From NCBI RefSeq assembly GCF_023055435.1, contig NW_025963791.1, forward strand, positions 17,484,001 through 17,548,000: a stretch of 64,000 nt of DNA, given 5' to 3'. Shown here one piece after another: positions 25,830-40,000 of this stretch. The position numbers and the translations under genes were made by a program. The notes below the pieces were generated by a model, which was given only the letters and a program-made list of their open reading frames with translations, did not search any database and was not told where the DNA came from. Numbering within the stretch: position 1 is the stretch's first letter; each line of letters begins with the position of its first letter. The stretch comes from Haliotis rufescens (lineage: Eukaryota).

Positions 25830-28800
25830 GCCAGCAGTGTTGGCCGTGGCGTGTGGGATGTGAAGGCAGTGTTGTATGGGTTGTGTGGGATGTGAAGGCA
25901 GTGTTGGATGGGGCGTGCGGGGTGTGTGGCCAGTGTTGTATGGGTTGTGCGGGGTGTGTGGGAAGTGATGGATGGGGCGTGCGGGAGGTGTAGGCAGAGT
26001 TGTATGGGTTGTGTAGGATGTGTAGGCAGTGTTGGATTGGGCGTGCGGGGTGTGTGGGAAGTGATGGATGGGGCGTGCGGGATGGGTGGGCAGTGTTGTA
26101 TGGGTTGTGTGGGATGTGAAGGCGTGGGCAGAGTTGTATGGGTTGTGTGGGATGTGTGGGCAGTGTTTGATGGGGCGTGCGGGATGTGTAGACAGTGTTT
26201 GATGGGGCGTGCAGGATGTGCTAGCAGTGTTGGATGGGGCGTGCAGGATGTGTGGGCAGTGTTGGATGGGGCGTGCGGGATGTGTAGACAGTGTTTGATG
26301 GGGCGTGCAGGATGTGTGGGCAGTGTTGGATGGGGCGTGCGGGATGTGTGGGCAGTGTTGGATGGGGCGTGCGGGATGGGTGGGCAGTGTTGTATGGGTT
26401 GTGTGGGATGTGTAGGCAGTATTTGATGGGGCGTGCGGGATGTGTAGGCAGTGTTGGATGGGGCGTGCAGGATGTGTGGGCAGTGTTGGATGGGGCGTGT
26501 TGGATGTGTGACCAGTGTTGGATGGGGCGTGCAGGATGTGTGGGCAGTGTTGGATGGGGCGTGCAGGATGTGCTAGCAGTGTTGGATGGGGCGTGCAGGA
26601 TGTGTGGGCAGTGTTGGATGGGGCGTGCGGGATGTGTGGGCAGTGTTGGATGGGGCGTGCGGGATGGGTGGGCAGTGTTGTATGGGTTGTGTGGGATGTG
26701 TAGGCAGTGTTTGATGGGGCGTGCAGGATGTGTGACCAGTGTTGGATGGGGCGTGCGGGATGTGTGACCAGTGTTGGATGGGGCGTGCGGGATGTGTGAC
26801 CAGTGTTGGATGGGGCGTGCGGGATGTGTGACCAGTGTTGGATGGGGCGTGCAGGATGTGTGGGCAGTGTTGGAAGGGGCGTGCGGGATGTGTGGGCAGT
26901 GTTGGATGGGGCGTGCGGGATGTGTGACCAGTGTTGGATGGGTTGTGCGGGATGTGTGGGCAGTGTTGGATGGGGCGTGTTGGATGTGTAGGCAGTGTTG
27001 GATGGGGCGTGCGGGATGTGTGGCCAGTGTTGGGTGGGGCGTGCAGGATGTGTAGGCAGTGTTGGATGGGGCGTGCAGGATGTGTGGGCAGTGTTGGATG
27101 GGGCGTGCGGGATGAGTGACCAGTGTTGGATGGGGCGTGTGGGAGGTATGGGCAGTGTTTGATGGGGCGTGCAGGATGTGTGGGCAGTGTTGGATGGGGC
27201 GTGCGGGATGTGTGGGCAGTGTTGGATGGGGCGTGTGGGAGGTATGGGCAGTGTTTGATGGGGCGTGCAGGATGTGTGGGCAGTGTTGGAAGGGGCGTGC
27301 GGGATGTGTGGGCAGTGTTGGATGGGGCGTGCGGGATGTGTGACCAGTGTTGGATGGGTTGTGCGGGATGTGTGGGCAGTGTTGGATGGGGCGTGTTGGA
27401 TGTGTAGGCAGTGTTGGATGGGGCGTGCGGGATGAGTGACCAGTGTTGGATGGGGCGTGATGGGTGTGTGGGCAGTTTTGGATGGGGCGTGTGGGATGTG
27501 TAGGCAGTGTTGGATGGGGCGTGATGGATGTGTGGGCAGTGTTGGATGGGGCGTGTGGGATGTGTGGGCAGTGTTGGATGGGGCGTTTGGGATGTGTTAG
27601 CAGTGTTGGATGGGGCGTTTGGGATGTGTGACCAGTGTTGTATGGTGCGTGCGGGATGTTTGGGCAGTGTTGGATGTGCTAACAGTGTTGGATGGGGCGT
27701 GCGGGATGTGTGGGCAGTGTTGGATGGGGCGTGTGGGATGTGTTAGCAGTGTTGGATGGGGCGTTTGGGATGTGTGACCAGTGTTGTATGGTGCGTGCGG
27801 GATGTTTGGGCAGTGTTGGATGTGCTAACAGTGTTGGATGGGGCGTGCGGGATGTGTGGGCAGTGTTGGATGGGGCGTGTGGGATGTGTTAGCAGTGTTG
27901 GATGGGGCGTTTGGGATGTGTGACCAGTGTTGTATGGTGCGTGCGGGATGTTTGGGCAGTGTTGGATGTGCTAACAGTGTTGGATGGGGCGTGCGGGATG
28001 GGTGGGAAGTGTTGGATGGGGCGTGCGGGATGTGTGGGCAGTGTTGGATGGGGCGTGTTGGATGTGTGGGCAGTGTTGGATGGGGCGTGTTGGATGTGTG
28101 GGCAGTGTTGGATGGGGCGTGTGGGATGTGTTAGCAGTGTTGGACGGGGCGTGTTGGATGTGTTAGCAATGTTGGATGGGGCGTGCAGGATGTGTAGGCA
28201 GTGTTGGATGGGGCGTGTTGGATGTGTGACCAGTGTTGTATGGTGCGTGCGGGATGTGTGGGCAGTGTTGGATGTGCTAGCAGTGTTGGATGGGGCGTGC
28301 AGTATGTGTAGGCAGTGTTGGATGGGGCGTGCGGGATGTGTGGGCAGTGTTGGAATGGGGCGTGTTGGATGTGTGGGCAGTGTTGGAAGGGGCGTGCGGG
28401 ATGTGTGGGCGGTGTTGGATGGGGCGTGTTGGATGTGTGGCCAGTGTTGTATGGGGCGTGCGGGATGTGTGGGCAGTGTTGGATGGGGCGTGTGGGATGT
28501 GTAGGCAGTGTTGGAAGGGGCGTGCAGGATGTGTGGCCAGTGTTGGATGGGGCGTGTGGGATGTGTAGGCAGTGTTGGATGGGGCGTGCGGGATGTGTGG
28601 CCAGTGTTGGATGGGTCGTGCAGGATGTGTAGGCAGTGTTGGATGGGGCGTGTAGGATGTGTAGGCAGTGTTGGATGGGGCGTGCAGGATGTGTGGCCAG
28701 TGTTGGATGGGTTGTGCGGGATGTGTAGGCAGTGTTGGATGGGGCGTGTAGGATGTGTAGGCAGTGTTGGATGGGGCGTGCGGGATGTGTGGCCAGTGTT

Positions 28801-29750
28801 GGATGGGTTGTGCGGGATGTGTGGCCAGTGTTGGATGGGTTGTGCGGGATGTGTGGGCAGTGTTGGATGGGGCGTGTTGGATGTGTAGGCAGTGTTGGAT
28901 GGGGCGTGCGGGATGAGTGACCAGTGTTGGATGGGGCGTGATGGGTGTGTGGGCAGTGTTGGATGGGGCGTGTAGGATGTGTAGGCAGTGTTGGATGGGG
29001 CGTGCGGGATGTGTGGCCAGTGTTGGATGGGGCGTGTGGGATGTGTAGGCAGTGTTGGATGGGGCGTGCGGGATGTGTGGCCAGTGTTGGATGGGGCGTG
29101 CAGGATGTGTAGGCAGTGTTGGATGGGTCGTGCAGGATGTGTAGGCAGTGTTTGATGGGGCGTGTTGGATGTGTAGGCAGTGTTGGACGGGGCGTGTGGG
29201 ATGTGTAGGCAGTGTTGGATGGGGCGTGTGGGATGTGTAGGCAGTGTTGGATGGGGCGTGCGGGATGTGTAGGCAGTGTTGGATGGGGCGTGCAGGATGT
29301 GTGGCCAGTGTTGGATGGGTCGTGCAGGATGTGTAGGCAGTGTTGGATGGGGCGTGTAGGATGTGTAGGCAGTGTTGGATGGGGCGTGCAGGATGTGTAG
29401 GCAGTGCTGGATGGGTCGTGCAGGATGTGTAGGCAGTGTTTGATGGGGCGTGTTGGATGTGTAGGCAGTGTTGGACGGGGCGTGTGGGATGTGTAGGCAG
29501 TGTTGGATGGGGCGTGTGGGATGTGTAGGCAGTGTTGGATGGGGCGTGCGGGATGTGTGGCCAGTGTTGGATGGGTCGTGCAGGATGTGTAGGCAGTGTT
29601 GGATGGGGCGTGTAGGATGTGTAGGCAGTGTTGGATGGGGCGTGCAGGATGTGTAGGCAGTGCTGGATGGGTCGTGCAGGATGTGTAGGCAGTGTTTGAT
29701 GGGGCGTGTTGGATGTGTAGGCAGTGTTGGACGGGGCGTGTTGGACGGGC
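25830..29750. repeat. GT-rich minisatellite, 32-bp unit ggcagtgttggatggggcgtgcgggatgtgtg, about 120 copies
   Basis: Direct periodicity; source of the His/Pro and Cys/Gly pseudo-ORFs. Confidence 0.95.
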
Positions 29751-30034
29751 GGGCATTGTCGGATGTCGGGACTGAGTCGCAAGTACGACTGAGACAGATG
29801 ACGAACTACTTGAAACAACGAGTTTAAGTGCTTGACAACCCGTGACACATTATTCTTTCCCTTTCCCAAATAAAACTCTCATACTTATGTTTTAGAGGTA
29901 CGTAAACTAGGAAGTAAGATGTCACAGAGGCAACTCACTATGTACATGACATGGGTGAAACTACACTTTTGAATGTCAAAGTGACATCACTTCACAGATT
30001 TGTGTGGAAGTGTTGCCTCTGTAGAAATAACATA

Positions 30035-31150
30035 TATAGGAGGAGTAGAAGGTAGGAGGAGTAGGAGTAGGAGGAGTAGGGGTAGGAAGAATAGAAGGAG
30101 TAGGGGTAGGAGGATTGGGAGGAATAGGAGAGGTAGGGGTAGGAGGAGTAGGAGGAATAAGAGGAGTAAGAGTGTAGGGGAAGTAGGAGTAGGAGGAGTA
30201 GGAGGAATTGAAGGAGTAGGGGTATGAGGAGTAGGAGGAATAGGAGGAGTAAGAGTGTAGGGGAAAGAGGAGTTGGGGTAGGATGAGTAGGATGAGTAGG
30301 GGTATGAGGAGTAGGAGGAGTAGGGGTATGAGGAGTAGGATGAGTAAGAGTGTGGGAGAAGTAGGAGTAGGAGTAGGGGAGGAGAAGGAGTAGAAGTAAG
30401 AAGAGGAGGAATAAGAGGAGTAGGAGGGGTAGGAGAGTAGGGAGAGTAGGGGTGTAGGAGTAAGAGAGTAGAGGAGTAGGGGTGTAGGAGGAGTAGGGAT
30501 GTAGGAGGAGTAGTGGTTTAGGAGGAGTAGGAGCAACAGGGGGTAGGAGGAGTAGGGGTGTGGGGGGAGAAGGGGTATAGGAGGCGTAGGAGACTAGGGG
30601 GAGTAGTGGTGTAGGAGGAGTAGGAGCAATAGGGTGTAGGAGGAGTAGGAGCAACAGGGGGTAGGAGGAGTAGGGGTGTAGGAGGAGTAGGGCCGTAGGA
30701 GGAGTAGGAGAGTAGGGGAGTAGGGTGTAGGAGGAGTAGGAGAGTAGGGGGAGAAGGGGTATAGGAGGAGTGGGAGACTAGGGGGAGTAGTGGTGTAGGA
30801 GGAGTAGGAGCAATAGGGTGTAGGAGGAGTAGGAGTGTAGGAGGAGTAGGGGTGTAGGAGGAGTAGGAGCAATAGGGTGTAGGATGAGTAGGGTGTAGGA
30901 GGAGTAGGGGTGTGGAGGGAGAAGGGGTATAGGAGGCGTAGGAGACTAGGGGGAGTAGTGGTGTAGGAGGAGTAGGAGCAATAGGGTGTAGGAGGAGTAG
31001 GGGTGTAGGAGGAGTAGGGGTGTAGGAGGAGTAGGGCCGTAGGAGGAGTAGGAGAGTAGGGGCAGTAGGGGTGTAGGAGGAGTAGGGGTGTAGGAGGAGT
31101 AGGGGTGTAGGAGGAATAGGGGTAGGAGGAAAAAGGAGGAGTAGGAGGAA
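30035..31150. repeat. Polypurine (GGA/GTA/GGG) low-complexity repeat
   Basis: ggagtaggaggagtagg motifs throughout. Confidence 0.9.
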
Positions 31151-31820
31151 TGGGTAATGCTGTGTGTTCAGCGTGGAAGGGGTTGACAACAATGCACGAC
31201 CAAGCTAGAGGAAAGGGTTAAATTAACAATCCCCTAAAATTCAGTAGGGGAATCCCCTAAAATGTAAATATGCCTGTCTTTATTACATAAATATTCCTAA
31301 TTGATATAGCTAACAAACCCTTCTGATTTCCTTAAAATCAATATTGGACACAAGAGCAGAACAAGTCATCCCATAGGTATGCGAGAATTGCGATAAATAA
31401 TGTGATGTGACATTTGAAAAGTAGAGCGAGAAATGTGACGACGTCGGCCATGAGAAACAGAGGGGATTTTCCCCTCGTTGCTCGTGTATCGGCATGTGAG
31501 CTACGAGGGCTGGCTGAAAAGTAGATCGAGTCACGTGTTGACATGCACAATGTAGGACAACGTGTATACTAGTACTCAATGAATACACCTGTGCCAGGTA
31601 CATGTATTATGTCTGTGTGGAAATTATAGCAACACGTCAGACACGAAACAACTTCCTAGTCTTGAAACGCGATGACCATTGTATCAACATGCACGTTACC
31701 AAATGTAAAGCTTATATTGACTGACATACATCCTGGCAAAATTGCATCCTTCCTGCTGGTTTGATATGCCATAATCTGTTCCTGTGTCATTTGACATTGA
31801 TATCAGTTTACCGCAGACAC

Positions 31821-32000
31821 GAGACAGACACCGAGACCTGTATTCAACATGCATATTTATCTTTCGGAACTAGTCTCTGTTTGGAGTCATTAAACGATAT
31901 TTGTGTTCGAGACAGACACCGAGACCTGTATTCAACATGCATATTTATCTTTCGGAACTAGTCTCTGTTTGGAGTCATTAAACGACATTTGTGTTCGAGA
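31821..32000. repeat. 88-bp tandem duplication
   Basis: gagacagacaccgagacctgtattcaac...gtgttc occurs at 31821 and 31909. Confidence 0.85.
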
Positions 32001-32429
32001 CACATACCGGGTTAAGTGAACACCTCACGGTGTCAATTAATAAATGTGATGCGCCATCACATCTCTGTTTATCTCCCTAGTCCCCTGGATATCCCGAACG
32101 TCATAAATTGCACAAAACCTGCGTTAGGCCGTGATATTAGAACGAATCTTCGCAATCTATGTTTGCAGAATGTTTCATTCGATAAGTTATTATAAAAAAT
32201 ATACATGTTACCTGTTGGAGCATTATATGTGGACATGCACCCGCACACTGACTGTGTCGTACAGAGATGATCACCCACACAGACAAACATACAGAGGCAC
32301 AGACATAGACACAGACAGACGCACACAGACAGGCAAAGTTAGAATGATCAGTCGACCGACCGACCGACCGACAGACAACAGACCGACCGACAGAAAGACA
32401 GACAAACAGACATGTACACATACATTCAT

Positions 32430-32595
32430 NNNNNNNNNNNNNNNNNNNNNNNNNNNNNNNNNNNNNNNNNNNNNNNNNNNNNNNNNNNNNNNNNNNNNNN
32501 NNNNNNNNNNNNNNNNNNNNNNNNNNNNNNNNNNNNNNNNNNNNNNNNNNNNNNNNNNNNNNNNNNNNNNNNNNNNNNNNNNNNNNNNNNNNNNN
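32430..32595. other. Assembly gap (N run)
   Basis: Ns in the sequence. Confidence 1.
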
Positions 32596-33169
32596 AGTAC
32601 TACAACTGACATATATATGTTTGATGCACTAATCATTTCATACCTATGAACCGTTCACCTGTAACCTTGATAAAGAATAGAAAACAATTACCTTTAACGA
32701 TACCACATCGGAAATGACGAAGGGTTACAGATTTAGTTGTACGATGACACTGACCCTCACCCGCATGCACACGTACAATCCTGTTGACAACGTGAACACA
32801 ACTCCTCTTCTCGCATGACATGTAACTCCCGTCTAGGACGGTACAGAGAGCAGGAAGTAAAATGCTCATTGTGACCTCGCGCCTGCGACAGATACGATCT
32901 CATTGGCTGATTGTTTGTGCTAGGAAGTACAGTATTTATAGCTATGCTTTGTGGACCTCTCTGTACATATGCGTACTGTTCACCTCGGGGCTGTCCATGT
33001 TATGGATGTATGTTGTTTAATGCGCGCATCATTATAGATAGATAAACTCGTGTTGCACCTGACTAGAGCCTGACCGTTACGGACATGTATACTATTTCAG
33101 TCACGATATTTGCTATTTGTTCTGTCGCACAAAGACACTGCATGTAAACAGATCTGTTAAATGTAAATA

Positions 33170-33660
33170 TAGCCTTCACTGAGTTTAACACAATACAATA
33201 AACGGAACTGATATTTTATACGGGTGATCACATTGACGTTGTTTTAAATCGTTCCAACAATGGTCAAATAGCTAATTTCTTACCCTTGATTTACCCACCT
33301 GAGCTAGAAATAAAAGAGAACAGCGAAACAGCCTCGCCTGTTTCATATTTAGATCTATGCATTACTAATGAAAGCAAGAGTGTTTGACAAGAGACACGAC
33401 TTCAACTTTTCAATAGTCAACTTTCCCTTTATGTCGAGCAATATGCTAGAAGCCCCCAGCGTTTGGTATCTAAATTTCAAAACTTTTGGGGTGCAATCAA
33501 GCATGCTGTTTCGTCGAAGATTTTAGGTCCAAAGACTCTTGCTAAATTTGTTAGATCGGGGTACAGCATTCCAGGCCTTAGAAAAGCTTTAAAAGAGTTT
33601 TTCTTGTAGACATGTGGGGGACATTTCCAAATTTGACGCACCAGTGACCAAAATTCTGTC
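33170..33660 (+). mobile_element. Penelope-like retroelement RT fragment, decayed
   Basis: IYPPELEIKE...SYLDL...DKRHDFNFSIVNFPFMSSN matches the PLE RT C-terminal motif (YDKRDDFNFxIVNFPF). Confidence 0.7.
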
Positions 33661-33844
33661 CTGTACAATTCCTTATTTTGACTTGCACAATACGTTCACT
33701 TTTTTTCGAACACCAGGTATCATCACCAGGTAACTAAGGCATGGTGTATATATGCCCTGATGAACGTTGCGTCGCTACTCTCATTCACTTTTGCCCCAAA
33801 CAATAATGCGACCTGTTTTCCTTTCACTTCATAGATAACGCCTT

Positions 33845-34231
33845 ATCTTCTACGTCTACTTTTAGCATGACAACGCTCCGGTTCACAAGTCGTGAATTGC
33901 ACAGGCCCCCATATGTGAATGTGGATTCGAACAGTTAAATCACCCTACCTACAGCCCAGACTAAGCCCCCAGTGACTATTTCCTGTTCCGGCAAATAAAA
34001 TCTGCCCTACGTGGAAGAAGCTTCCAGGATGACGAGGACATAAAGGCTGCCACAGAGGCGTTGTTAGAGGGCCAATCTGCGGATTTCTGTAAAAGGAGTA
34101 TTAAAAGCTTGAAGGACAAATGGAATAAGTGAATTGAGGTGGATGGAGATTATATTGAAAAATAAAAGTGCAAAAGATATTCTGCGACTTGATCTTATAT
34201 TGAAGTTGCAAAACTTATTGAACGCCTCTCG
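33845..34231 (+). mobile_element. mariner (DD34D) transposase 3' remnant with right TIR
   Basis: HDNAPVH...HPTYSPD*APSDYFLF...KWNK*IEVDGDYIEK*; TIR-like aaaacttattgaacgcctctcg followed by TA. Confidence 0.8.
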
Positions 34232-34243
34232 TAACTATGAGTT

Positions 34244-35990
34244 CTGGGGTAGCAACCAACCTGTCAACTGTCTCTACTAGGTTGTCACAATGTGGTCTAG
34301 GGTAGCAACCAACCTGTCAACTGTCTCTACTAGGTTGTCAATATGTGGTCTGGGGTAACAACCAACCCGTCAACTGTCTCTACTAGGTGGTCAGTGTGTG
34401 GTCTATGGTACTAATCAACCTGTCCATTGTCTCTACTAGGTAGTCAATATGTTGTCTAGGGTAACAACCAACCCGTCAACTGTCTCTACTAGGTTGTCAG
34501 TATGTGGTCTAGGGTAGCAACCAACCTGTCAATTGTCTCTACTAGGTAGTCAGTATGTGGTCCAGAGTACAAACCAACCTGTGAACTGTCTCTACTAGGT
34601 CGTCAGTGTGTGGTCTAGGGTAGCAACCAACCTGTCAATTGTCTCTACTAGGTAGTCAGGATTGGGTCTAGGGTACTAACCAACCTGTCAACTGTCTCTA
34701 CTAGGTGGTCAGTGTGTGGTTCAGGGTACAAACCAATATGTCAACTGTCTCTACTAGGTCGTCAGTATGTGGTCCATGGTACTAACCAACCTGTCAACTG
34801 TCTCTACTAGGTCGTCAGTGTGTGGTTCAGGGTACTAATCAACCTGTCAACTGTCTCTACTAGGTAGTCAGGATTGGGTTTAGGGTACTAACTAACCTAT
34901 CAATTGTCTCTACTAGGTGGTCAGTGTGTGACCAACCTGTGAACTGTGTCTACTAGGTCGTCAGTGTGTTGTCCAGGGTACTAACCAACCTGTGAACTGT
35001 GTCTACTAGGTCGTCAGTGTGTGGTCCAGGGTACTAACCAACCTGTGAACTGTGTCTACTAGGTGGTCAGTGTGTGGTCCAGGGTACAAACCAACCTGTC
35101 AACTGTGTCTACTAGGTCGTCAGTGTGTGGTCCAGGGTACTAACCAACCTGTGAACTGTGTCTACTAGGTAGTCAGTGTGTGGTCCAGGGTACTAACCAA
35201 CCTGTGAACTGTGTCTACTAGGTGGTCAGTGTGTGGTCCAGGGTACAAACCAACCTGTCAACTGTGTCTACTAGGTCGTCAGTGTGTGGTCCAGGGTACT
35301 AACCAACCTGTGAACTGTGTCTACTAGGTCGTCAGTGTGTGGTCCAGGGTACTAACCAACCTGTGAACTGTGTCTACTAGGTGGTCAGTGTGTGGTCCAG
35401 GGTACAAACCAACCTGTCAACTGTGTCTACTAGGTCGTCAGTGTGTGGTCCAGGGTACTAACCAACCTGTCAACTGTGTCTACTAGGTAGTCAGTGTGTG
35501 GTCCAGGGTACAAACCAACCTGTCAACTGTGTCTACTAGGTCGTCAGTGTGTGGTCCAGGGTACTAACCAACCTGTGAACTGTGTCTACTAGGTGGTCAG
35601 TGTGTGGTCCAGGGTACAAACCAACCTGTCAACTGTGTCTACTAGGTAGTCAGTGTGTGGTCCAGGGTACAAACCAACCTGTCAACTGTCTCTACTAGGT
35701 AATCAGGATTGGGTCTAGGGTAACAACCAACCTGTCAATTGTCTCTACTAGGTAGTCAGTATGTGGTCCAGGCTACAAACCAACCCGTGAACTGTCTCTA
35801 CTCGGCAGTTCGTAAACTGTCTCTACTAGGTAGTCAGTGTGTGGTCCAGGGTAGCAACCAAACTGCCAACTGTCTCTACTAGGTCGTCAGTATGTGGTCT
35901 AGGGTAACATCCAACCAGTCAACCGTCTCTACTAGGTTGTCAGTATGTGGTCGAGGGTAACAACCAACCTGTCAACTGTCTCTACCAGAT
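34244..35990. repeat. Minisatellite, 53-bp unit agggtactaaccaacctgtcaactgtgtctactaggtcgtcagtgtgtggtcc
   Basis: Period of 53; the centre is homogeneous and the edges are divergent. Confidence 0.95.
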
Positions 35991-36092
35991 AGTCCTTATT
36001 TTAGTCTCTATTTAGGACTGGATCATTTGCTTTCTGCTCCATATCCCAGAACCACAGGTCAATATTGGTTGCACCATTGAGATGTATAAAGA

Positions 36093-36318
36093 TGTTTGTT
36101 TGTTTGTTGTTTAACGCCGCACTCAGCTATATTCCAGCTATATGACGGCGGCCTGAAAATAATCGAGTCTGGATCAGACAATCCAGTGATCGATATCACG
36201 AGCATCGATCCACGCAATTGGGATCGATGACGTGCATCAAACACCCGTTTCCGTTAATCGCCTCTTACGACAAGCAAGGGTTGCTTAAGACCAATTCTAA
36301 CCCGGATCTTCACGGGTC
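36093..36318 (-). mobile_element. SINE family B copy
   Basis: Same sequence as 18012-18257. Confidence 0.75.
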
Positions 36319-37034
36319 GTATAAAGATGTGAAATCATCACAGGTCATCGAGTATAGAGCACTTAGAACACGACGTGCAGACGTTGCAAGTTCACATACA
36401 GCTTGCTTTTATTCTAATGTTTTCATCTTACCACCATGTCATGCTATAAGAGACGGAATGTTCCAAAGAGACAGAACCACGGGGAAAAACATAATTTGAG
36501 CGGTTAATACCATGTTGTCTGAAGTGAACCATAACAGATTTATCTCTGTTGAACCCTCTATGCCTCTGTATGTTAGGGGCTTTATAACATCAGTGAAGCT
36601 CAGTTATACGGTAGGGTGTAACGTTTCAGTCGACAAAACACACTCTTTGGAGACCCGGAATCTGCTACGGAACCCAACGTTGCGTGCAGTGATAAAACAC
36701 TAGACATTGTCAATAGAGTTAGAGATAGATCCAGGTCTGCCTCGTCTATCTGCTCAAGATTTAGAACTTGCCCGCAGGCTCCCCTCTTAGGGGACAGGAC
36801 ACAACGTCCACTTATAGTGCAACTGGCCTACCGAGTGGACAAGATGCAGATAGTTGGTATGAGAGCCACCCTAAAGAATATGGGGATTGGAGTTGCCAGA
36901 GATTTGACACAAAATCAGCATTTAGAGATAAATAGGCTGAGAACCCTGATAAACACTTATATAATAAAGGTGAAAAAATTGCAGAGAGTGTGAGAAGTGT
37001 CGATATCCTGACACAAGCTGAGGGCGGTGATTTG

Positions 37035-40000
37035 ACACTGTAGACAATCATCGACGTGAGTGGGACCAGCAGGGTAGAGACACTGTAGACAGTCATCGAC
37101 GTGAGAGGGACCAGCATGATAGAGACACTGTAGACAGTCATCGACGTGAGTGGGACCAGCAGGGTAGAGACACTGTAGACAGTCATCGACGTGAGTGGGA
37201 TCAGCAGGGTAGAGACACTGTAGACAGTCATCGACGTGAGTGGGACCAGCAGGGTAGAGACACTGTAGACAGTCATCGACGTGAGAGGGATCAGCGGGGT
37301 AGAGACACTGTAGACAGTCATCGACGTGAGAGGGACCAGCAGGGTAGAGACACTGTAGACAGTCATCGACGTGAGAGGGATCAGCAGGGTTGAGACACTG
37401 TAGACAGTCATCGACGTGAGAGGGATCAGCGGGGTAGAGACACTGTGGACAGTCATCGACGTGAGAGGGACCAGCAGGGTAGAAACACTGTAGACAGTCA
37501 TCGACGTGAGTGGGACCAGCAGGGTAGACACTGTAGACGGTCATCGACGTGAGTGGGACCAGCAGGGTAGACACTGTAGACGGTCATCGACGTGAGAGGG
37601 ACCAGCAGGGTAGAGACACTGTAGACAGTCATCGACGTGAGTGGGACCAGCAGGGTAGAGACACTGTAGACAGTCATCGATGTGAGAGGGACCAGTAGGG
37701 TAGAAACACTGTAGACAGTCATCGACGTGAGAGGGATAAGCGGGGTGAAGACAATGTGGACAGTCATCGACGTGAGAGGGACCAGCAGGGTAAAAACACT
37801 GTAGACAGTCATCGACGTGAGTGGGACCAGCAGGGTAGAGACACTGTAGACAGTCATCGATGTGAGAGGGACCAGTAGGGTAGAAACACTGTAGACAGTC
37901 ATCGACGTGAGTGGGATCAGCAGGGTAGAGACACTGTAGAAAGTCATCGACGTGAGAGGGACCAGCAGGGTAGAGACAGTGTAGACAGTCATCGACGTGA
38001 GAGGGATCAGCGGGGTAGAGACACTGTGGACAGTCATCGACGTGAGAGGGATCAGCGGGGTAGAGACACTGTAGACAGTCATCGACGTGAGAGGGATCAG
38101 CGGGGTAGAGACACTGTGGACAGTCATCGACGTGAGAGGGATCAGCGGGGTAGAGACACTGTGGACAGTCATCGACGTGAGAGGGACCAGCAGGGTAGAA
38201 ACACTGTAGACAGTCATCGACGTGAGTGGGACCAGCAGGGTAGACACTGTAGACGGTCATCGACGTGAGTGGGATCAGCGGGGTAGAGACACTGTAGACA
38301 GTCATCGACGTGAGAGGGATCAGCGGGGTAGAGACACTGTGGACAGTCATCGACGTGAGAGGGATCAGCGGGGTAGAGACACTGTGGACAGTCATCGACG
38401 TGAGAGGGACCAGCAGGGTAGAGACACTGTAGACAGTCATCGACGTGAGAGGGATCAGCGGGGTAGAGACACTGTGGACAGTCATCGACGTGAGAGGGAC
38501 CAGCAGGGTAGAGACACTGTAGACAGTCATCGACGTGAGAGGGATCAGCGGGGTAGAGACACTGTGGACAGACATCGACGTGAGAGGGACCAGCAGGGTA
38601 GAGACATTGTAGACGGTCATCGACGTGAGAGGGATAAGCGGGGTGAAGACAATGTGGACAGTCATCGACGTGAGAGGGACCAGCAGGGTAAAAACACTGT
38701 AGACAGTCATCGACGTGAGTGGGACCAGCAGGGTAGAGACACTGTAGACAGTCATCGACGTGAGAGGGAACAAGAGGGTAGAGACACTGTAGACAGTCAT
38801 CGACGAGAGTGGGATCAGCAGGGTAGAGACACTGTAGACAGTCATCGACGTGAGTCGGACCAGCAGGGTAGAGACAGTGTAGACAGTCATCTACGTGAGT
38901 GGGATCAGCAGGGTAGAGACACTGTAGACAGTCATCGACGTGAGTCGGACCAGCAGGGTAGAGACGCTGTAGACAGTCATCGACGTGAGTCGGACCAGCA
39001 GGGTAGAGACGCTGTAGACAGTCATCGACGTGAGTCGGACCAGCAGGGTAGAGACAGTGTAGACAGTCATCGACGTGAGTCGGACCAGCAGGGTAGAGAC
39101 AGTGTAGACAGTCATCGACGTGAGTGGGACCAGCAGGGTAGAGACAGTGTAGACAGTCATCGACGTGAGTCGGACCAGCAGGGTAGAGACACTCGAGACA
39201 GTCATCGACGTGAGTCGGACCAGCAGGGTAGAGACAGTGTAGACAGTCATCGACGTGAGTGGGACCAGCAGGAGAGACGCTGTAGACGGTCATCGACGTG
39301 AGAGGGACCAGCAGGGAAGAAACACTGTAGACGGTCATCGACGTGAGTCGGACCAGCAGGGTAGAGACGCTGTAGACAGTCATCGGCGTGAGAGGGACCA
39401 GGAGGGTAGAAACACTGTAGACAGTCATCGACGTGAGTGGGATCAGCAGGGTAGAGACACTGTAGACAGTCATCGACGTGAGAGGGATCAGCAGGGTAGA
39501 GACACTGTAGACAGTCTTCCGAGTGTGCGGGATCAGCAGGGTAGAGACACTGTAGACAGTCTTCCGAGTGTGCGGGATCAGCAGGATAGAGACACTGTAG
39601 ACAGTAATTGACGTGAGAGGGACCAGTAGGGTATAGACACTGTAGACAGTCATCGACCCGAGAGGGACCAGCAGGGTAGAGACGTTGTAGACAGTCATCG
39701 ACGTGAGTCGGACCAGCAGGGTAGAGACACTGTAGACAGTCATCGACGTGAGAGGGATCAGCAGGGTAGAGACACTGTAGACAGTCATCGACGTGAGAGG
39801 GATCAGCAGGGTAGAGACACTGTAGACAGTCATCGACGTGAGAGGGATCAGCAAGGTTAAAGACACTGCAGACAGTCATCGACGTGAGAGGAACCAGCAG
39901 GGTAGAGACACTGTAGACAGTCATCGACGTGTGCAGGATCAGCAGGGTAGAGACACTGTAGACAGTCTTCCACGTGTGCTGGATCAGCAGGGTAGAGACA

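Noticed and set aside
25787-31192. His/Pro-rich, Cys/Gly-rich and extensin-like ORFs
   Set aside because: Derived from a 32-bp repeat (not a multiple of 3) and a polypurine low-complexity tract.
32131-32649. ORFs spanning N runs (also 47735-48142)
   Set aside because: Artefacts of assembly gaps.
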